Below, one piece after another: positions 54,900 to 64,000 of a stretch of 64,000 nt of DNA. The position numbers and the translations under genes are program-made. The stretch is from the human T2T-CHM13v2.0 reference genome, Homo sapiens. The stretch lies in assembly GCF_009914755.1 (NCBI RefSeq), contig NC_060931.1. One strand, written 5' to 3'. A model generated the notes under the pieces. The model was not told where the DNA came from, searched no databases, and saw only the letters and a program-made list of their open reading frames with translations. Each line of letters starts with the position of its first letter. Within the stretch, counting starts at the first letter, position 1.

Positions 54900-57800
54900 T
54901 TAAAGAATAATTCTTTCCCCATTAAGCTATAATATTATTTTTATTAAATAATAAATCCACATGGCTTCAGGATATTCTCTCTATTCCATTTATCTGCCTT
55001 CTAATTTCTTGTTATGATACTCACTAAAAAATTAATAATTAAAGCATTCTTTCTAATAAACTTTAGAATAATTTTATCAAGTTCCAAGAAGTTATCTGGC
55101 ATTTTAAGTTGATGATAGGCCTATCAATTCAGATAACTAAAATGTTTCAATATTCAGTCTTATCAATACAGAGAGATGTTACATCTTCATTTGTTTCAAT
55201 AGCTTAGTTAAATTTTTAAACTTTTATTTATTAAAATATTCTACTTTAAGTGTTATTTTCGAAAAGCTTTTAAAAATAGGAATTAGTGTGGAATTTAATA
55301 AAGTTTTTGAGATAGTAATTTTCTTTGAACTTTATTTTGTATTGCATAATCTTAATAGGTTTCTTAATATTTCATATCAAATAATCTTTATACATGTGGG
55401 TGAATCCTTTTTAATTATGGCATATAATTCTTTTAATATTGCTGAACTATTATTTTGGGTTCATGTTGATTTAGGATTTATGACATGAGTTAATATTGAT
55501 TTAGGATTCATGTTTTGTGAGAAAAGCGTATGCTTTTTATATATCTTATTCAGGTTTAATATGTCACAAAATTATTAAGTGACTTAATATTTTTGCTCTG
55601 GAACAGTTCACATAGTAAGGGGATTATCTATGCTTAAAAAATTTCAAGAGTATTGCCATGAAACCATTTGACCTTTTAGGGAGATAGTTCTCTGATAATT
55701 TTTCCCTAGTCCAGTTTATTTTAGTATTATTGCACAACTGGAGAATTCTGAGTTGATTTCCTATGGTAGATGTTTTAGTACATTTTGTTAATTTAAATAT
55801 TTTCAAATTTAACATCATAAAATTGCTCAGAATATTATCTTGTTTTGGATACCTCTGCTGTTTTGTTGTAGCCACTTTTCAATCATTTTTGATTTTATTG
55901 TTTTCTTTATAATGTCTTGTTTATTTTCTGCAATGTTCCTGATAAATGTTCATTAAACAGTTACTGTTTGTTCTCATTTGAAGTAATGTATACTCTTTCT
56001 AGAAAATGTGATATGCTACATTTCATTGATTGTTCTAAAAAGATATATTTTATAAATGATCTTTAGAATTTATATCTATACATACATATAGCTGTCAAGA
56101 AAAATACATCATTGGCAAAAGGGAACAGATTTGATGATTTTTATAACTTGCCTTTTGTATATAAAATAAATATTTTGAACTTAGAGTTAAATACTCTAAT
56201 TTTTAAACTCTGGATTAGCAAAAATATCTTAATTGCTTTAAAAATGTCTTATTGTTGAATATTTATTTTGTTTTTAAATCTTTACTATCATAAAAATACT
56301 GCAATAAACATACCCAGAACAAAATTCTTAATTATTTTCTTGAGAAAAATTCCTGTTAGTGGGGTTGCTGGGTCAAAGGCTATGAAGCTTTAACAAACTA
56401 TATATGTGTTTGTGTTAAATATAAATACATATACACTTGATACAATCATGCATCATTTAATGATGAAAATATATTCTGTGAAATACGTTATTAGGCAATT
56501 TTGTCATTGTATGAGTATTATAGAATTTAGGTACACAAACTTAGGTGATATAGACTACTATCTAGGCTATATGCTTTAACACCTTGTTCCTAGGCTACAA
56601 ACCGTTAAAGCACATTACTGTACTGAATACTGCAGGCAGTTGTTAACATTACGGTTAAAATATTTGTGTATCTAAACATATCAAGAGATAGAAAAGATAT
56701 AGTAAAAATATGGTATAGAAGATACAAAAATGGTACACCTGTAAAGGGCACTTACCATGAATGGAATTTGCAGGACTTGAAAGTTACTCTGGGTGAACGT
56801 GATGGCCTAGGACAGTACTGTACATTACTATAGGCTTTATAAATACTGTAAAGTATACTTAGGCTACATTAAATTTATAAAAAATATTTTTTCTTTCTCT
56901 AATAATGAATTAATGTTAGCTTGCTGTAACTTTTTTTACATTACAAATGTTTAAATTTTTTACACGTTTGACTGTTGGTAAATAACACTTAGCTGAAAAC
57001 ACAAACACATTGTACAACCGTACTAAATATTTTCTTTCTATATGTCCTATAAGCTTTGTTCTGTTTTAAAAGTTCTTATTTTCTTTACTTTATAAACTTT
57101 TTTCTTAAAAACTAAGACACAAACATACACATTAGCCTAGGCCTACACGGAGTCAGGATCATTAGTATCCCCATCTTCCACTTCCGCGTCTTGCTCTGCT
57201 AGAGCAAGATCTTCAGAAGCAATTACATGCATGGAGCTGTCATCTCTTATGATAACAATGCCTACTTCTGGAATACTTCCTAAAGGACCTGCCTAAGGCT
57301 GTTTTACAGTTAACCATTTTTATAAGTAGAAGGAATACTGATAAAATAATAATAAAAAGTATAGTATATTAAATTCGTAAACCAGTAACATAGTCTTTTA
57401 TTATTATCAAGTATTAGGCACTGTACACAATTGTATATGTGATACTCTTATATGACTAGCAGTGCAGTAGGTTTGTTTGTGCCAATGTCCTCTTAATCAC
57501 ATGAGTATTGTACTTGTGCTATGACATCAATAGGTGATAGAAATTTTTCAGATCCATAATAATCTTATGGAATCACCACTGTATACACAGTCCCTCATTG
57601 ACTGAAACACCGTTTTGCAGTGCATGACTGTATACACATAAACATACATATGTATATAGGTATATATGATTTTGTTATACATACATATGTATAGCAAATA
57701 TATGTATATATAATTTTTTCTTCAAATTGTCCTCCATGAGGTTTCCAGTGATTTGTACTCTTAATAACAACATGTAGAAGTACCCAGTTTCCTGAATAAT

Positions 57801-57910
57801 TTTCAAACTGGATATTATCACTTAAAAACAGTTTCTTTATTTCATATGAAAATATGAAATTTATCTTTTTATTACTAGGGAATTTAGATAGTCCTGTACA
57901 CATTTGGCAT
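54900..57910 (-). mobile_element. Highly degenerate old L1 (L1ME-like) fragments flanking Tigger3b
   Basis: AT-rich, with motifs such as 'agtggggttgctgggtcaaaggctatg'. Confidence 0.45.
56443..57630 (+). mobile_element. Tigger3b/MER7B (Golem) non-autonomous DNA transposon, about 1.19 kb
   Basis: TIR ends caatcatgca ... tgcatgactg, TA TSD on both sides, internal 'cctaggctacaaacc...ttactgtactgaatactg'. Confidence 0.9.
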
Positions 57911-58719
57911 TAATTTTTACCTTTGATTTTATTGCTATCTTAGTAAATCCATATTTTATTTATAACATCTTTACATTCTTTCAAAATGTAAGTCCATCTA
58001 TTATAAGTGACTTTATTGTACAGAGGAATTGGCTTCCAGGATTGGCCTGAGTACAGTCCTTGGAAAAAAATGTTTAAAACAGGATAAGAATAATCAATAT
58101 GTTATAATAAGTGCTTGTAACAGTCCAGAGTAAGAGTTGTATACTTACTTATGGTTGATTGAAAACTCTTATAAATTTAATCACCACTATAATAATTTAT
58201 AAGTGACAGATTTATTCATTCCCATTGTTCTTAAACTTACTGCGAAGTCTTTTAACTTCACTTGTAACAAACTGGATATTAGTGGCCTGTTCGAAATTTG
58301 TTTTCAGCTCTGTTTTTCTATATTTGCCATTCAGATCCAGACTCTTCACTTATATTTGGTTATTCTGCTTTACATATTCTAATTTAATGGTTTATTAGTT
58401 TTCTTCTTGTCTTTTCTCATTTTTCTTCTTAGTGGTAAATTGAGAGTTCATGTTTTGGGAAATGCTCTTTAATTGATAATCCAGCTATATGTGCCATTTT
58501 GTTAATATACATTAAGTACACATACAAATAAATATGTATACATGCACATACCTGTACAAGGAAATATAAAGATTTTACTCTATTTTTATGCCTACAGGAA
58601 GATGTCAGTTGAGAAGTAAACTCAGAAACTCTGATGGGACAATTAATGGTTCAAAGCCTGTGAGAAGTTGGAATGGAATGTGTCTAGAGCACAAGAGGAA
58701 GTGTTTCTCTGTCTTTTTC

Positions 58720-59078
58720 TCTCCAGAGAGAGTTTGAGAATTGGCTCACATGATTGTGGAGGCTGGCAAGTTGAAAATTTATAGGGCAGATTGGCAGTCT
58801 GGATACCTAGGGAAAAGCTGGTGTTGCAACCAGAATCTGGATGCAGTCTTCTGGCAGAATTCCTCTTCTTCAAAGGAGGTCATTCTTTCTCTTGAGGCCT
58901 TCAGCTGAGTGGATAAGGCTCACCGATATTATGGAGGGTAATCTGCTTTACTCAAAGTCTACTGATTTAAATGATAATCTCAACTGAAAAATATCTTCAT
59001 GGCAACATCCAGATGTGTTTGACCAAATATCTGTGTACCATGACCTAGCCAAGTTGACATATAAAATTAATCATCACA
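58720..59078 (-). mobile_element. ERVL LTR (MLT2C/D-like), partial
   Basis: 'gaattggctcacatgattgtggaggctggcaag...gccaagttgacatataaaattaatcatcaca'. Confidence 0.85.
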
Positions 59079-59407
59079 ATAATCTAACTTTTTGTTCTTT
59101 GTAAACATTTTCTGAGAAAGAGGTGGGAAGTAGGGTTGAATATTTGTCATAGAAACTGTAAGGGAATGTTTAAAAGGGGCAGAGAAAAAGATTTCTGATC
59201 TATGCTGAGGTCCCAACTGAGGCTGAAGATCCTAAATCATAGTAGCACAGAGTTTTATAACTGTATTTTCAGGAATACCAAGAAATATAGAGTAGCAAAT
59301 ACCAATGATTAAAAAGCTGTAGGTCTCGGGAAATTATGAGTAGCTGTGGGAGAAAGACAAATCATGACAGAGTTAGCTGTGTTAGAAGTGAAGTTACAGT
59401 TATATTA

Positions 59408-59795
59408 TGACAAAGCCTTGACTAGATGCTCACCAATCTCATTTTCTCTTCTTAGACACAAAGGAAATCTACAATTCTCAGCCATTCTTGGAATTAGCTA
59501 ATGGTTGTATGACTAGGTTCTAGCCAATGAAACATAGGTTCAAGTAACATAATCCACTCTTGGCCTGGCTCTTAAAAATGTCTTCAGCAAAACTTTGACT
59601 TTCCATTTTCTTTTCTGCAAAGTACCAGAGGTTGTGTATTTAGAATGGAAGGCTTCTGGATTCTAGAATGACTGCCAAAGAGAGCTGATCAACCTACATT
59701 TGACTTTGAGTGAGCAAGAAAAAGCCTTTTATTGTATCAAGCCACCAAGATCTTGGAATTGTCTAATATAGTAGCTAGCATGAATTAACCTTTCT
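59408..59795 (+). mobile_element. Old MaLR LTR (MLT1J-like)
   Basis: 'tgactaggttctagccaatgaaa...gactttgagtgagcaagaaaaagc...caagccac'. Confidence 0.55.
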
Positions 59796-60154
59796 AGCAT
59801 ATATACCACAGGATCCAAGGATGAATGTGAAATCAAGAAGGGAGAAATAATTGAGAGGAAAGAATAAATCCAGGCATGTGAGGTTTAAATGAGGCAGAAG
59901 AATAGGCTTTGAGGGAATAGGAGGCCTGGAGCATAGGTGTTTAATGTCAGAAAGCAGTATATTGAAATGCCACGAGTTGGCATTAGAGTGATTTCAAGGT
60001 CTGGCCATAGAACTGAATATTGGAGGGAAAATGTAGTGAAGGTTATTAGCATCGAGAGGGCCCTTGCAAAATAAATCATCCAGATGGAATAATGCAGGAG
60101 AATACTATCTCTAAACCAATCTTTTAATATCACCTTAAATTCAATATGGAGGCA

Positions 60155-60156
<2 letters not shown>

Positions 60157-60194
<38 letters not shown>

Positions 60195-60208
60195 GTGTGT
60201 GTGTGTGT
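60157..60208. repeat. (TG)n microsatellite
   Basis: Seen directly, with one GGGG interruption. Confidence 0.95.
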
Positions 60209-60438
60209 ACCCTAATCCCAAAGATACCAGTTAAAAATTACGTTGTTTCCATCTAAAGAGCTTTTCAGAAAAACAACAACAAAATTTAAGTGATAATGTT
60301 TGTATGGTGATGGGGTACCCTATTATTATCGTTAAGGATTTTAATATCAACTAAAACTTACGTTACTGTTCTCAAATCTATAGATTGTACTGGTAGATAA
60401 TTATTTATTTAATGCACATCCAACTTCTATATGATGTT

Positions 60439-60799
60439 TGACATGGTTTGGCTGTGTTCCTACCCAAATCTCATCTTGAATTGTAGTTCCCATAATCTCT
60501 ATGTTTTTGGGGACCTGGTGAGAGGTAATTAAATCATGGAGGCAGGTCTTTCCTGTGCTATTCTTGCGATAGTGAAGAAGTCTCATGGGATCTGATGGTT
60601 TTATAAAGGAGAGTTTCCCTGCACATGCCTTCTTTGCCTGCTACCACGTAAGACATCCCTCTGCTCTTCCTTCATGTTCCACCATGATTGTGAGGCCTCC
60701 CCAGCCATGTGGAGCTGTGAGTCCACTAAACCTCTTTCCTTTATAAATTATTCAGTCTTGGGTATGTCTTTATTAGCAGCATGGAAACAGACTAATACA
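60439..60799 (+). mobile_element. THE1 solo LTR
   Basis: tgacatggtttggctgtgt start, 'ggtatgtctttattagcagcatggaaacagactaataca' end, TSD atgtt / aagtt. Confidence 0.93.
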
Positions 60800-61763
60800 A
60801 AGTTGAACCATGGGTAGAATGTGGCTGGATGAAAGATTCTTTTACTTCCACACAACCAATTCTTAGAATGATTTTCTACGTGGGCCACTGCTACATCAGC
60901 TCATAATCTGAGTTAGGAAACTTAGTCTTATTATTACCAAATAATAATTACTAGAACTGCTGGTCACATTATTAATGAATATTTTTCTGATTATAGAAGT
61001 GATACATGTTTATTGTAGAAAAAGTAGACTATACAAAGAAGTATAAAAAGGAAAATAATTCAACTTTTACGACATTGGCAAATGTTATTTTTGTATGTTT
61101 CCCAGCAGATAATTTTTCTGTACAGGAATATACTTTAAAAATATTTTTGGGATTACATTACATTAACATATTTGCTATAGCTCTTTTTTCTCAGTTCCAT
61201 ATGGTGAACAATCATGCCACTAAATTCTTCAAATACAGCATTTATTAACAGCTGTATAATACTGCATCATATGGCTATTTCACAGTTTATTTAATGATGT
61301 CTTATCATTAGACGTTTAGTGTTTTCTTTCCTTCTCACTACTGCAATTAATGTTGTGATATACATTTGAATTTAATTTGTCCATTGCACTTCAGATTATT
61401 TTCATTAAGACCGTTTTCTATAAATGAAAACCGTGGGAAGAAAGGCCTTTGAATTCTTGAGTTGATGTTTTAGAAATGCATGTATTCAGATAGAACATAG
61501 TGAACATGTCCATTTACCCTATATAGAGCTATAGGTTTAACAAAATTCCTATCAAAATCTTAGCAAAGTTTCTTGTTGAGATAGAGAAGATAATTCTAAA
61601 ATGTATATTGTACCTTCAGAAGGTTTCTGATAGATATTCCCAAATGGCATCACTATAGCAATTAGACTGTTACTAACAGGGACCAAGACCTTGCCTCACT
61701 TCATTTTCGTCACTCAGCCCTCAGCATTTCTCTTTAAAATATTTTTCAATTTGGCAAGTATAA

Positions 61764-62068
<305 letters not shown>

Positions 62069-62319
62069 GGAACAATTATCTCATTTTAGTTGCAATTTGC
62101 ATTTCTTTGGTTATGAAGTTGTGCTTTTAAAATTATTACTTCTGTGGATTGTTCTATTCAGGTTTTTAGCATATTGGGAATAACAGTGTTTATTAGTGTG
62201 AGTGTTTTTTCTATTAAGAATATTAATTTCTTTTTCTCATTTTTGTTGGTTATATCATGTGCCTTTGAATTTTGTGAACACATTCTTGAGTTGATGTTTT
62301 AAAAATGCATGTATTCAGA

Positions 62320-64000
<1,681 letters not shown>

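Overview
This is primate (very likely human) AT-rich, CpG-depleted non-coding DNA, either intronic or intergenic, and it is dominated by interspersed repeats. It holds about 20 Alu elements or fragments, several old L1 elements (one near full-length L1MA-type with an internal deletion), MaLR and ERVL solo LTRs (THE1, MST, MLT1, MLT2), Tigger-family DNA transposon relics, MIR and L2 fragments, and microsatellites. I cannot support any protein-coding exon, RNA gene or CpG island, and I cannot name the host locus. The listed ORFs are repeat-derived or of chance length. I found no evidence of a new multi-gene system. The most interesting signals are structural: a ~100-bp templated insertion at 14.85 kb bounded at both ends by fold-back hairpins, two other local duplications (45.2-46.1 kb and 61.4/62.3 kb), an L1 lacking its endonuclease domain, and LTRs with DUX4-type motifs. 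Repeat subfamily names come from remembered consensus sequences, and boundaries of old repeats are approximate.
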